DNA from: Nitrospirota bacterium | Lineage (GTDB): Bacteria; Nitrospirota; Nitrospiria; Nitrospirales; Nitrospiraceae | Length of the DNA stretch: 64,000 bases | Direction: 5' to 3' | Assembly (NCBI GenBank): GCA_039931295.1 | Contig: JBDTSF010000178.1 | Coordinates: 352-64,351 of the forward strand | Shown here: positions 8,853 to 17,273 of the stretch, piece after piece | Layout: each line of letters begins with the position of its first letter | How positions within the stretch are numbered: position 1 is the stretch's first letter | Notes under the pieces: model-generated | The model's database searches: none | What the model was told of the DNA's origin: nothing | Seen by the model: the letters and a program-made list of their open reading frames with translations, nothing else | Translations under genes and position numbers: made by a program

Positions 8853-9911
8853 TCACGGTTTACGGATCCGACCCCGTAACCCTGATGACACATGGACCGA
8901 ACCTTCATGATCGACAATAATGGCCTCCACCTCTGGTAACACTTCGACAAGCTGCATGCCCAATTCAGCCCCCATGACAAAAATTCCTGTGTCCAACCCG
9001 TCCGCCCAGATGCCTTCGCGGGCAATTACCGTGACACTCTGGCAACCGCGCGCGGGTTGGAGCGTGCGCGGATTGAGAATATGGTGATACCGAACACCCT
9101 CACGCTCGAAAAATCGTTCGTAGTCGCCGGCCGTTGAGATTGCCTCATCTTCCAAGTCGATGAAGGCAAGCACCTCTTCCTTTTTGCGTGGATGTAGGAT
9201 ACCGACGGGAAACTTCCCCCCCCCGGGCAACCGTCCGAATGTTCGAATATCCCCTGAGAGGGCTACGATCCCTGCCAACGCTCCGGCTTTCTTCATCACC
9301 GCCACTGCTTGATCCGCCGCATATCCTTTGCCGATCCCACCCACATCAATCCGCATCCCAGCTTTCTCAAGAAAAATCGTCTGCGTCTGTGCGTCAACAT
9401 GAACCGCGTGTAAATCCACCATGTGGCGGATCGCGTCCAGCTCAGATCCTGTCGGTACTCGTCGGCCTTCAATCACATTCCAGGCATCCACCGCCGGGCC
9501 AATGGCGATATTGAATCCGCCATCCGTCAACTCTGCAACTTGGATCGCACCCTGGACAACCGTCATCGTGTCATGACTTACCGGAACCGGCATCACACCC
9601 GCCAAGGCATTCACGCGAGACAATTCACTCGTCGGAATCCAGGTACTCAGAAGTTCTTCGAGGCGATGGATCTCGGCGAACCCGGCAGTCGCCGCAGCTT
9701 GTGCGTCGGATTCATTCCGAGCCACGGCTGTAATCTTGACCAGCGTACCCATCTGCATTTGAGCTCTGGTAACAACGGTTGGTTTCTTGCCAGAGAATAC
9801 CCCTGCACACCCGCCGAAGGCGGCACACAGCAATATGAGAAGGGCTGTCTGGATACGAAGCGAGTGATCGAACAGATTGGAATACATGCGCTCCTTTATC
9901 ATGCCTTGCAC
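8853..9911 (-). CDS. apbE: FAD:protein FMN transferase (ApbE family), lipoprotein
   Basis: 352 aa, lipobox LLCAAFGGC, GGIGKGYAADQA motif and overall ApbE pattern. Confidence 0.85.
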   Translation of the reverse strand: MQGMIKERMYSNLFDHSLRIQTALLILLCAAFGGCAGVFSGKKPTVVTRAQMQMGTLVKITAVARNESDAQAAATAGFAEIHRLEELLSTWIPTSELSRVNALAGVMPVPVSHDTMTVVQGAIQVAELTDGGFNIAIGPAVDAWNVIEGRRVPTGSELDAIRHMVDLHAVHVDAQTQTIFLEKAGMRIDVGGIGKGYAADQAVAVMKKAGALAGIVALSGDIRTFGRLPGGGKFPVGILHPRKKEEVLAFIDLEDEAISTAGDYERFFEREGVRYHHILNPRTLQPARGCQSVTVIAREGIWADGLDTGIFVMGAELGMQLVEVLPEVEAIIVDHEGSVHVSSGLRGRIRKP

Positions 9912-9991
9912 AATCGAGGGATCGGATTATAGGACAAGACTGGACTTAATACACTCCGTACTCGGACCATTGACACACAACATGATGGACC

Positions 9992-10021
9992 TTGACTTTC
10001 GAGCGCTGATTGAGATATTAA
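9992..10021 (+). promoter_or_regulatory. Candidate sigma-70 promoter of the Zn-ribbon ORF / porin-like OMP unit
   Basis: TTGACT (9992-9997), 18-nt spacer, TATTAA (10016-10021). The -10 is embedded in the Fur box. Confidence 0.45.
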
Positions 10022-10032
10022 TAATCGTTCTC
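10014..10032. promoter_or_regulatory. Fur box
   Basis: GATATTAATAATCGTTCTC matches the 19-bp consensus GATAATGATAATCATTATC at 15/19 (counted by hand). Lies within the inverted repeat ATTGAGA-N13-TCTCAAT and in the divergent apbE / porin intergenic region. Confidence 0.55.
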
Positions 10033-10062
10033 AATTTCATTTGAGCGGAAAAATCTATCGCT

Positions 10063-10242
10063 ATGGTCAGTACCACTTCCCCGAGTCATCACTCTGCTGA
10101 GTGCGATGAAACCCGCTGCGAATGCGGTCAACTGATCGCCAAGGTGCGCGGACAAGGGATAGAGCTCAAGTGTAAGCGCTGCAAACGCATCATCGTAATC
10201 CCCTTTTCTTCCATCAAAGGGTGGAGTGCGGTTACATCATGA
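10063..10242 (+). CDS. Small Zn-ribbon protein, Mu Com-like (59 aa; below the ORF-track cutoff)
   Basis: MVSTTSPSHHSAECDETRCECGQLIAKVRGQGIELKCKRCKRIIVIPFSSIKGWSAVTS. RC.C..L.AK...G.IE.KC.RCK resembles the Com zinc-finger family. Starts 31 nt after the Fur box. Confidence 0.4.
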   Translation: MVSTTSPSHHSAECDETRCECGQLIAKVRGQGIELKCKRCKRIIVIPFSSIKGWSAVTS

Positions 10243-10375
10243 TCACCCTATCGCCGAAAGGAGCTATCACCCCAACATACCGATGCGTAACCAACCGTTG
10301 CCGATTTAAAGAAGACCAGAGACCCGCGAGTCCCGAGTCAGACCTCAACCATCTCACTCACCGTGGAGGATACCG

Positions 10376-11851
10376 ATGAAGATCCGGTCAATCCTCGGGG
10401 CTCTCTTGATTACAGCTTTACCATTTACATCGGTGTGGGCTGAAAACATGACCCCGGAGGACATTCAAAAGTTAGTGGATGAAGCCGTCACTAAGCGGTT
10501 ACAGGAACATGAGCGGCGCGAGGGCGCTATGGAACGACGGGAAGGCGTGGTCGCCCCACAGAGCGAACCCGGTATCGGCCCCCTGCATGATGTTGGAAAA
10601 GAGCGACGAACCGAAAGTCAGCCTGCGTTGTCGTTCGGTTCATCTGGTTCAGGCCGACTCGTGTATGCCAAACCGTTCGTATCCTCACCAAAAGCCATCG
10701 TCGGTGGCTATGCTGACATTCAATACCGTGCGCATCGAAACGGGGTGTTAGAAGGTTATGGCAACGGAGTGACGAATGGCTTTGATCAGCAACGATTCGT
10801 ACCCTTCATTTATGCAGACATTACTGAGCATGTGAAGTTTGCCTCTGAGCTTGAAATTGAGCACGGGATTAGAGGAGCCGGAGAAAACGAAATCAGCTTG
10901 GAATTTGCTCATATCGACTATCTCGTGAACGAACCTGTCAACATCCGAGCAGGCATTCTGCTCATCCCCATCGGCAAATTCAATTTACTGCATGACTCGC
11001 CGTTGAATGACTTGACCGATCGTCCACTTGTCAGCCAGTTCGTGATTCCATCAACCATGTCCGAGACGGGCGCAGGCTTCTATGGCACCTTTTACCCTGG
11101 ACGAACCAGTAAGCTCGACTATGAACTCTACGTGACGACTGGCCCTTGCGGGAATGAGCCTGACGGCGCCCCGCGCATCAATGAGGAAACCGGCACAAAA
11201 AACTCCCGCCAACGGAAATGTGCCGACTCCGCTGACGGATTGGACATCAACAGCGGCAAAGCCGTCTCCGGTCGTATCGCCTTTAGCCCGATGCTCGGTG
11301 TGGAGATCGCCGGATCGAGCTATTACGGCAATCAATCTCCTTCCAGCTACAACCCCCTGAGTATCACAGCAATTGACTGGACGCTCCAAAAGGGGCCGTT
11401 TGAGATCATTGGCGAAGCGGCATGGGCCTATTCGCGGGGAAACTCCCGCGCAATTCCTGGCAGTTCCTTCGGCCCTGCTCCGGGCACTCTTCTGACTGGG
11501 ATCAATACATTTAATCCCCTGGCAGCTCCTCCACAAAGGATGCAGGGATTTTATCTCCAGGGTAACTACCACTTCATGCCGGCGTTCCTGACAAAGCTTT
11601 CGCCGAAACGGTTTGGGGAAGGCTCCACCTTTACTGCTGTGATTCGTTACGACCTGGTGAACTTGAACCGAGACAACCGGGGCGAGAACCAAGGCGAACT
11701 GGAGCAGATTTCCTTTGGCCTAAACTACCGTCCGGTGGAAGACGCTGTCTTCAAAATCAGCTATCAATACTTGCCAAAATCGTTTAATCCGAACTCCGGG
11801 CAACGAATTCATGATGGGGCGCTAGTGATCTCAGCGGCAACGTATTTCTAG
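10376..11851 (+). CDS. Exported outer-membrane beta-barrel (porin-like) protein
   Basis: 491 aa, signal peptide ...FTSVWA|EN, charged coiled-coil-like N-terminus, alternating beta-strand pattern and a C-terminal ...AATYF aromatic terminus. GGAGG before the ATG. Confidence 0.6.
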   Translation: MKIRSILGALLITALPFTSVWAENMTPEDIQKLVDEAVTKRLQEHERREGAMERREGVVAPQSEPGIGPLHDVGKERRTESQPALSFGSSGSGRLVYAKPFVSSPKAIVGGYADIQYRAHRNGVLEGYGNGVTNGFDQQRFVPFIYADITEHVKFASELEIEHGIRGAGENEISLEFAHIDYLVNEPVNIRAGILLIPIGKFNLLHDSPLNDLTDRPLVSQFVIPSTMSETGAGFYGTFYPGRTSKLDYELYVTTGPCGNEPDGAPRINEETGTKNSRQRKCADSADGLDINSGKAVSGRIAFSPMLGVEIAGSSYYGNQSPSSYNPLSITAIDWTLQKGPFEIIGEAAWAYSRGNSRAIPGSSFGPAPGTLLTGINTFNPLAAPPQRMQGFYLQGNYHFMPAFLTKLSPKRFGEGSTFTAVIRYDLVNLNRDNRGENQGELEQISFGLNYRPVEDAVFKISYQYLPKSFNPNSGQRIHDGALVISAATYF

Positions 11852-11859
11852 GTCGAATA

Positions 11860-11895
11860 CAGACGAGCCCTCCCTCTGAAGGGAGGGCTCGTCTG
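11860..11895 (+). terminator. Terminator-like hairpin after the OMP gene
   Basis: CAGACGAGCCCTCCC-TCTGAA-GGGAGGGCTCGTCTG, a 15-bp perfect stem 9 nt after the stop. No clear T-tract. Confidence 0.45.
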
Positions 11896-11920
11896 TGAGC
11901 AAGAAAGAGCAGTGTGCATA

Positions 11921-12385
11921 ATGCCTACACCCAGAATAGCTTTAGTAGTCCTCGCGCTCCTCTCTGTCGGGTGCGCCGCCCTAAGCGGGAGTCGTGAGCA
12001 ATATTTTGTGTGCTCCTATGACAGCGTCTGGGACGCAGCACTTGAGACCATGAAAGGACAATCCGTCTCAACCTATGACAAAGAGAAGGGAACGATCGAG
12101 ACAAACTGGCAGGATGTGCCACCAACCTCAGATCGATCCTTCGGTATCTTTGGACGGGAAGGCTTTGGCAACAACGAACGCGCACGAATCACGCTGTCCG
12201 TCAAACAAATGAATGACGTCGCCTCTGTGAGCGTATTAGAAACTAGGCAGCGATGGCATTCCCGCGGAGGAGTCACTCAGCAAGCCCTTAAATGGTGGGC
12301 GATAGAACCATCGGAAGAGGTGATGAATGGCGTCGTCGATCGGCTCAACGCCAAGCTGAAAGTAAAAGGGTGTGTTCCCGCATGA
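11921..12385 (+). CDS. Hypothetical lipoprotein
   Basis: Signal peptide with lipobox LLSVGC. The stop overlaps the next start (ATGA). No family recognised. Confidence 0.6.
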   Translation: MPTPRIALVVLALLSVGCAALSGSREQYFVCSYDSVWDAALETMKGQSVSTYDKEKGTIETNWQDVPPTSDRSFGIFGREGFGNNERARITLSVKQMNDVASVSVLETRQRWHSRGGVTQQALKWWAIEPSEEVMNGVVDRLNAKLKVKGCVPA

Positions 12386-13059
12386 TATTTCAATTGTTCG
12401 TTCTCGCACTCGTGCTCTCCTTCGTCATGTCCCCAGCCATGGTCTGGGCAGAACGAGTCTGGGACAATGACCTCAAGCGCTATCTGACCGAGCAAGAAAT
12501 GTCCATGGCCGAAGTCTTCCTCACCGAGGAAGACGCAATCAAGCTGATGTTCCCCAAATCCGAGCACATCAAAAAAGATCTTCTCCGTGTTCCCGCGGAT
12601 AGGAAGCTAGTGATTGAAGAACGCATCGGCTGGAAATTTCCCGAAGATTCCTTTGAGGTCTACATCGGCGAAACCGGGGTGCAGGTCGATGGCTATGCCC
12701 TTGTGCAAAATACCATCGGCAAACACAAGCCGATGACCTATATGGTTGGAGTCGACGCACAGGGTCGTGTCTCGAACGTAGAACTGCTCGTGTTTCGTGA
12801 AGCGCGCGGCAGCGAGGTACGTACCAAACGATTCAACGTGCAATATGAAGGCAAGACGGCGTCCGATCCTGTCCGCATCAACAAAGACATCATCAATATT
12901 AGCGGCGCGACCATGTCGGTTCGCTCTATGAGCGCCGGCATCAAACGCGTGCTCGTCTTGGTCGATGAATTCTATTTAAAACCGGCAGGGCGCGGCAGCG
13001 ATACGGTGGCCGCAAAGAAATCTGAGCAGGGAATCTTCGGCTCCATCTTCGGAAACTAA
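12382..13059 (+). CDS. Exported FMN-binding domain protein (NqrC/RnfG-type FMN_bind) with flavinylation motif
   Basis: Start at MIFQLFVLALVLSFVMSPAMVWA (signal peptide; ATGA overlap with the previous gene). DIINISGATMSVRS matches the ApbE target motif [S/T]GA[T/S]. Confidence 0.75.
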   Translation: MIFQLFVLALVLSFVMSPAMVWAERVWDNDLKRYLTEQEMSMAEVFLTEEDAIKLMFPKSEHIKKDLLRVPADRKLVIEERIGWKFPEDSFEVYIGETGVQVDGYALVQNTIGKHKPMTYMVGVDAQGRVSNVELLVFREARGSEVRTKRFNVQYEGKTASDPVRINKDIINISGATMSVRSMSAGIKRVLVLVDEFYLKPAGRGSDTVAAKKSEQGIFGSIFGN

Positions 13060-13083
13060 CAGGGGTAGACAACATTCTCTCTC

Positions 13084-13602
13084 ATGCGAAACTTCAACAC
13101 TCGTTTCCGTCTCCGCGACTCCGACCGGCACATCCGTCTGGTCTACACCTTCTTTCTCCTCTTGATGCTGGCTGGTTTTACCTTTTCATTTTTCTGGGCC
13201 CACAGCATGACAGGGCTTTCGCCACAAGGAATCGCCAGTCACTACCGGGGGTCGGATGCCACCTTCGGCGAACCGATGTCGTTCAGGGAGCTGGCGGAAA
13301 TCACCCACTTTCACCTCTTCACGATGCCGGTCGTGTTCATGATCCTGGTGCATGTGCTCTATCTCACCAGCGTCGGCAACAAACTGAAAATCATCACGAC
13401 CTGGGTCTCGTTCGGTGGATTGATCTTGGACCTAGTCTCTCCCTGGCTCATCAGCTACGTCTCGCCCCTATTCGTCCTCACCATGTTGACGGGCGATACC
13501 CTTATGACGGTGGGATTTCTCATCATGATGGTGATTCCTCTCTACGAGATGTGGGTCTTGAACCAGCCACTGTTGGCTGGAAAACACGGAAAAGAAGAAT
13601 GA
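13084..13602 (+). CDS. Integral membrane protein (about 4 TM, conserved His residues), unknown family
   Basis: 172 aa. Hydrophobic segments include ITHFHLFTMPVVFMILVHVLYL. Directly follows the FMN-binding gene. Confidence 0.55.
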   Translation: MRNFNTRFRLRDSDRHIRLVYTFFLLLMLAGFTFSFFWAHSMTGLSPQGIASHYRGSDATFGEPMSFRELAEITHFHLFTMPVVFMILVHVLYLTSVGNKLKIITTWVSFGGLILDLVSPWLISYVSPLFVLTMLTGDTLMTVGFLIMMVIPLYEMWVLNQPLLAGKHGKEE

Positions 13603-13658
13603 TGACCTAAGGTAGCCTGATACTTGACATGGATGCGGCCAGAGGTTTTTTCACCCAG

Positions 13659-13700
13659 AGCCCAAGATCATACGCTGTGATCTTGGGCTTCTTATTTTTC
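13659..13700 (+). terminator. Rho-independent terminator
   Basis: AGCCCAAGATCA-TACGCTG-TGATCTTGGGCT followed by TCTTATTTTTC. Separates the membrane-protein gene from the HD-GYP gene. Confidence 0.65.
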
Positions 13701-13708
13701 TTGGAGAA

Positions 13709-14425
13709 ATGGCGATGGAACAGCGAATCTGTGAACACATCCATCCTAAGATTATCGCGATACAGGGAATGCTCCGAAAGATCGATTGTCTCCGGCTCCC
13801 TACTGAATCACGCCGCGACGTCGAAAGCATTCTTGTTCGCCAGGTCAGCAAGGAAATTGATCGGGCACTCCCCTGGCAGGCAGGTCACGGTCGCCGCACG
13901 GCTACGATCTCCTTGCTGATCGGGCAAGCAATCGGCCTAACGCCCAACGAGTTGCACGATCTGAAGCTCGCAGCCCTCCTCCACGATATCGGGCTCTTGA
14001 TGCTCCCTCGGGAGCTGACCATCGGAGCGAACCCGCTCGATCCAGAATCCTATGTCGCCGTGCAGAATCACCCTCGGCTTGGCGCCTTGCTGCTCGAACC
14101 GTTCTTCTTTCTCCGAGAGGCTTCCATCCTCGTGGCCCATCACCATGAGCGATGGGACGGATCGGGCTACCCATACGGTATCAGAGGACGATTCATCCCT
14201 ATTGGAGCCAGAGTCCTCTCGATCGCCGACGCCTTCGATGCCATCCGTATCCCCAACGTCCCGATCCGCGTTGCCAGAAACACCATCGCACTCAGAATTA
14301 TCCACGTGGCAGCCGGCACCCAATTTGACCCGGAGTTAGTCGACGTGTTGTGGCTACTCCAGGAATCTATTCCAAACTCAAATCTTGTCGAACCAGCGAT
14401 GAGCAACTGTTTCGACTCGTTATGA
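13709..14425 (+). CDS. HD-GYP domain protein (putative c-di-GMP phosphodiesterase)
   Basis: AALLHDIGLL (HD) and HHERWDGSGYPYG (GYP) motifs. No receiver domain. Confidence 0.8.
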   Translation: MAMEQRICEHIHPKIIAIQGMLRKIDCLRLPTESRRDVESILVRQVSKEIDRALPWQAGHGRRTATISLLIGQAIGLTPNELHDLKLAALLHDIGLLMLPRELTIGANPLDPESYVAVQNHPRLGALLLEPFFFLREASILVAHHHERWDGSGYPYGIRGRFIPIGARVLSIADAFDAIRIPNVPIRVARNTIALRIIHVAAGTQFDPELVDVLWLLQESIPNSNLVEPAMSNCFDSL

Positions 14426-16191
14426 AAATTATGGAGGTCCCCGTGTATTCTGTTGATCGCCTTTACCATGCATGGCTTCAAGTCGTTGGAGGGTCATCCT
14501 TGATCTTCTTCTCTCTTCTCCTTATCGGATGCAGCGGAGGCAGCAGCAGCCCTCCACCGGTCTCAGTCGCGATTGCAGGGACATCGGGAGCCGAAGCCTC
14601 GGTGGGAGAACGGCTGTTTGTCGAAACCCGTTTTGCCCAAGCCTTTAAGGTCTATCTGGATTCTGGGGGAAAGGTAAATGACGTTCTCACTGTCGGCGAT
14701 CCGGTCATGGATCTCTCTGAAACAACAAGGTCAGGAGTAGGTCTCCCTGGGCCCTTCGCAAGGCTTACAATGAATTGTCGAGCCTGCCACCTTGTCGATG
14801 AACATGTCGGTACGCCCGGGGGAGGGATGCGGACCTATGCGGACTTCGCCCTCCGAAGTCCGCTTCCTGACCGAGGCGACGGCAAGAGAACTGCCCCTCG
14901 AAACTCTCAGCCTCTGGTCAATGCATCGATTGATCGCCCGGGTGGTGCTTTATTCCACTTTGATGGCGAATTCTCAACGATGGAGGATCTCATCGTCGGG
15001 ACCTTCACCGGTCGGAATTTCGGCTGGTTGCCCGGGCAAAAGGCAGTAGCCATCCATCACATTGCACAAGTCATGCGTGAGGATGACGGCAGCGGGGTCA
15101 TTGCCCAACAATTCGACGGACTTCCCTATGCCGCTCTGTTCACCGGAGCCAACCCAAGCATTCCGGATGAACTTCGTCTGCCTCCGGAGTTTCGTGTGTT
15201 CATCGGATCAGCCAGTGACCAGGAAATCTTCGACGCGGTTGTGAAAGTGGTTGCAGCCTACGTCGTCGGATTGCGCTTCTCGCAAGCCGACGACGCCGGT
15301 AATCTTATTCGTTCACCGTTCGACGTGTTTTTAAGTCGCAACGGCCTCCCGCAAGAGCCGAACAGCGGCGAAACTCCCCTCGATTACAGCCGCCGCCTCC
15401 TGACACTCGTGAACGGACTAGCGAGTCCGCAGTTCGTGACGTCTGATCCACATCGAGGAGATGGCCTATTCCAATTCCACGCTCAGCCATTCCAGTTTGG
15501 AGCCCAAGAGTTGGAAGGTTTGAGAATTTTTCTCGCGGAGCCCTCGGCGACCCCACCCACCGGGCCGGAATTATCCACGGGCAAAATCGGCAATTGTCTC
15601 GCGTGCCACGCGGCTCCGAACTTTACGGATTTCAAGTTGCACAACACCGGCACAACGCAACGAGAGTACGACCGCATTCACGGTGTCAACTCATTCGCGG
15701 CTCTCACGATTCCAAGCCTTGCCGCTCGAAACGGAAATTACAATGGGTTCCTCCCCGCAACCGAGGTCCATCCCAACGCCTCGGAACGTTTCCGAGCCAT
15801 TCCTGTTCTCTCTGACCCTACCTTGACTGATCTCGGTGTGTGGAACGTCTTCGCCAACCCGGACATGCCGACCCCGCAAGAAAAGATTCGAACCATCTTG
15901 TGCGATGACCAAGTGCCCTGTCCCCATTCCGATGCGACGTTACTGGATCGATCCATCGCCAGATTCAAAACACCGGGCCTGCGCGACCTCAGTCATTCCG
16001 CTCCCTTTATGCACAACGGCCAATTTGCCACATTGAACGGCATCATCGATTTCTATATCGATGTCTCAGGTCAAGTCCGAGCAGGCAGGCTGCGCAATGG
16101 CGCCGTGCAACTTCAGGGGATCGCGCTCACCACCGGCGACATCGCATCGCTAGTCGCATTCCTTAAATCGCTGGATGAGGACTATCAATAG
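14422..16191 (+). CDS. Di-haem cytochrome c peroxidase/MauG-family lipoprotein (long form)
   Basis: Two CxxCH sites (NCRACH, NCLACH), lipobox LLLIGCSGG, and CCP-like C-terminal half (FKTPGLRDLSHSAPFMHNG). ATG 14422 overlaps the HD-GYP stop (ATGA); the ORF track starts at 14350. Confidence 0.75.
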   Translation: MKIMEVPVYSVDRLYHAWLQVVGGSSLIFFSLLLIGCSGGSSSPPPVSVAIAGTSGAEASVGERLFVETRFAQAFKVYLDSGGKVNDVLTVGDPVMDLSETTRSGVGLPGPFARLTMNCRACHLVDEHVGTPGGGMRTYADFALRSPLPDRGDGKRTAPRNSQPLVNASIDRPGGALFHFDGEFSTMEDLIVGTFTGRNFGWLPGQKAVAIHHIAQVMREDDGSGVIAQQFDGLPYAALFTGANPSIPDELRLPPEFRVFIGSASDQEIFDAVVKVVAAYVVGLRFSQADDAGNLIRSPFDVFLSRNGLPQEPNSGETPLDYSRRLLTLVNGLASPQFVTSDPHRGDGLFQFHAQPFQFGAQELEGLRIFLAEPSATPPTGPELSTGKIGNCLACHAAPNFTDFKLHNTGTTQREYDRIHGVNSFAALTIPSLAARNGNYNGFLPATEVHPNASERFRAIPVLSDPTLTDLGVWNVFANPDMPTPQEKIRTILCDDQVPCPHSDATLLDRSIARFKTPGLRDLSHSAPFMHNGQFATLNGIIDFYIDVSGQVRAGRLRNGAVQLQGIALTTGDIASLVAFLKSLDEDYQ

Positions 16192-16575
16192 GCATCATCA
16201 AGGCACAGAGAATCAATCTGCCTGTGCCCATCATACCGGCAACGGGGTGGGGGCTCTCCACTCCGAGGGCGGGGACCCGGTCTTCCTCACGAGGCCCCCG
16301 CCCCTCTTTCGGTTCGCGTATCGAGCAGGATAGGCGAAGCCAACGGACATCAGGTTCAGAGCCCATCGTTGTTCAGTGGCCATAGGGGAGATGATGGCAC
16401 GGAGAAGCATTCGCGGAAGTACAGGTCAAAAATCGGCTCGACGATCGATTGATTCAAAGGTACGGCGCTGACCAGAATCTAAGCCTCATAGGACAGTGAG
16501 CCTAGCCTGGAAAGGAGGAAATACCATGAGTTCCCATAGAAGCCTGCTCGCGGTGAAAGCCTGACGCGAGCGCCG

Positions 16576-17046
16576 TTACGCTTTGATCTGTTCTGCCAGA
16601 TAGTTCTCCAGCCCTACTTGCTTAATCGTTTCCAATTGCGTTTCAATCCAGTCGATATGTTGATCCACGTCTTTGGCCATATCCTCAAACATGTGCCGTG
16701 TGGTGAAGTCGGTTACCTTTGTGCAATGCACCACACCATCGTTTAACAAGCCGAGCATTTCTTGTTCAGCTTTTAGATCAAGCTTGAACTGTTCAGGAAC
16801 CGTTTCTCCGACCTGCACCATATTCATGCGTTGCAGATTCGGCACGCCGTCCAGATAGAGAATGTGGCCGATCAACTCGTCTGCATCCTTCATCTCATCG
16901 ACACTACGCTCCCGCACTTTATGATGGAGCCGCTCATAGCCCCAGTTCTCACACATCTTGGCATGGACAAAGTATTGATTGATGGCGGTGAGATCCGCTG
17001 TCAGGATCTTATTCAGGATGTTGATGACGCCCTCTTTAGCTTTCAT
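16576..17046 (-). CDS. bfr: Bacterioferritin
   Basis: 156 aa from MKAKEGVINILNKILTADLTAINQYF... The sequence aligns along its length with E. coli Bfr, including the haem-ligand Met in DEMKDAD. AAGGAGGG precedes the ATG at 17046; the ORF track extends to 17109. Confidence 0.9.
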   Translation of the reverse strand: MKAKEGVINILNKILTADLTAINQYFVHAKMCENWGYERLHHKVRERSVDEMKDADELIGHILYLDGVPNLQRMNMVQVGETVPEQFKLDLKAEQEMLGLLNDGVVHCTKVTDFTTRHMFEDMAKDVDQHIDWIETQLETIKQVGLENYLAEQIKA

Positions 17047-17273
17047 GGCGAGTCCCTCCTTATCAGAAGTGTTGGCAGCGACGGGGCGCTCAATGGCGCT
17101 CACTGACAACGAAAACCTATCAGCCGACAGGCATATTGTCGGCTCCCTGCCGGTGATCTGTCAACGTGTTTTTACGTAGATAATGAAAACAGTTCTCAGC
17201 TTCAGAGATTTGACTCGACCCCAATCACTTACAGGGATAGGAGTGGAACGTTCTGAGCGGATGGGAGCAGGAT

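Noticed and set aside
13629-13919. 96-aa plus-strand ORF
   Set aside because: It contains the intrinsic terminator hairpin at 13659-13700 and overlaps the HD-GYP gene in another frame.
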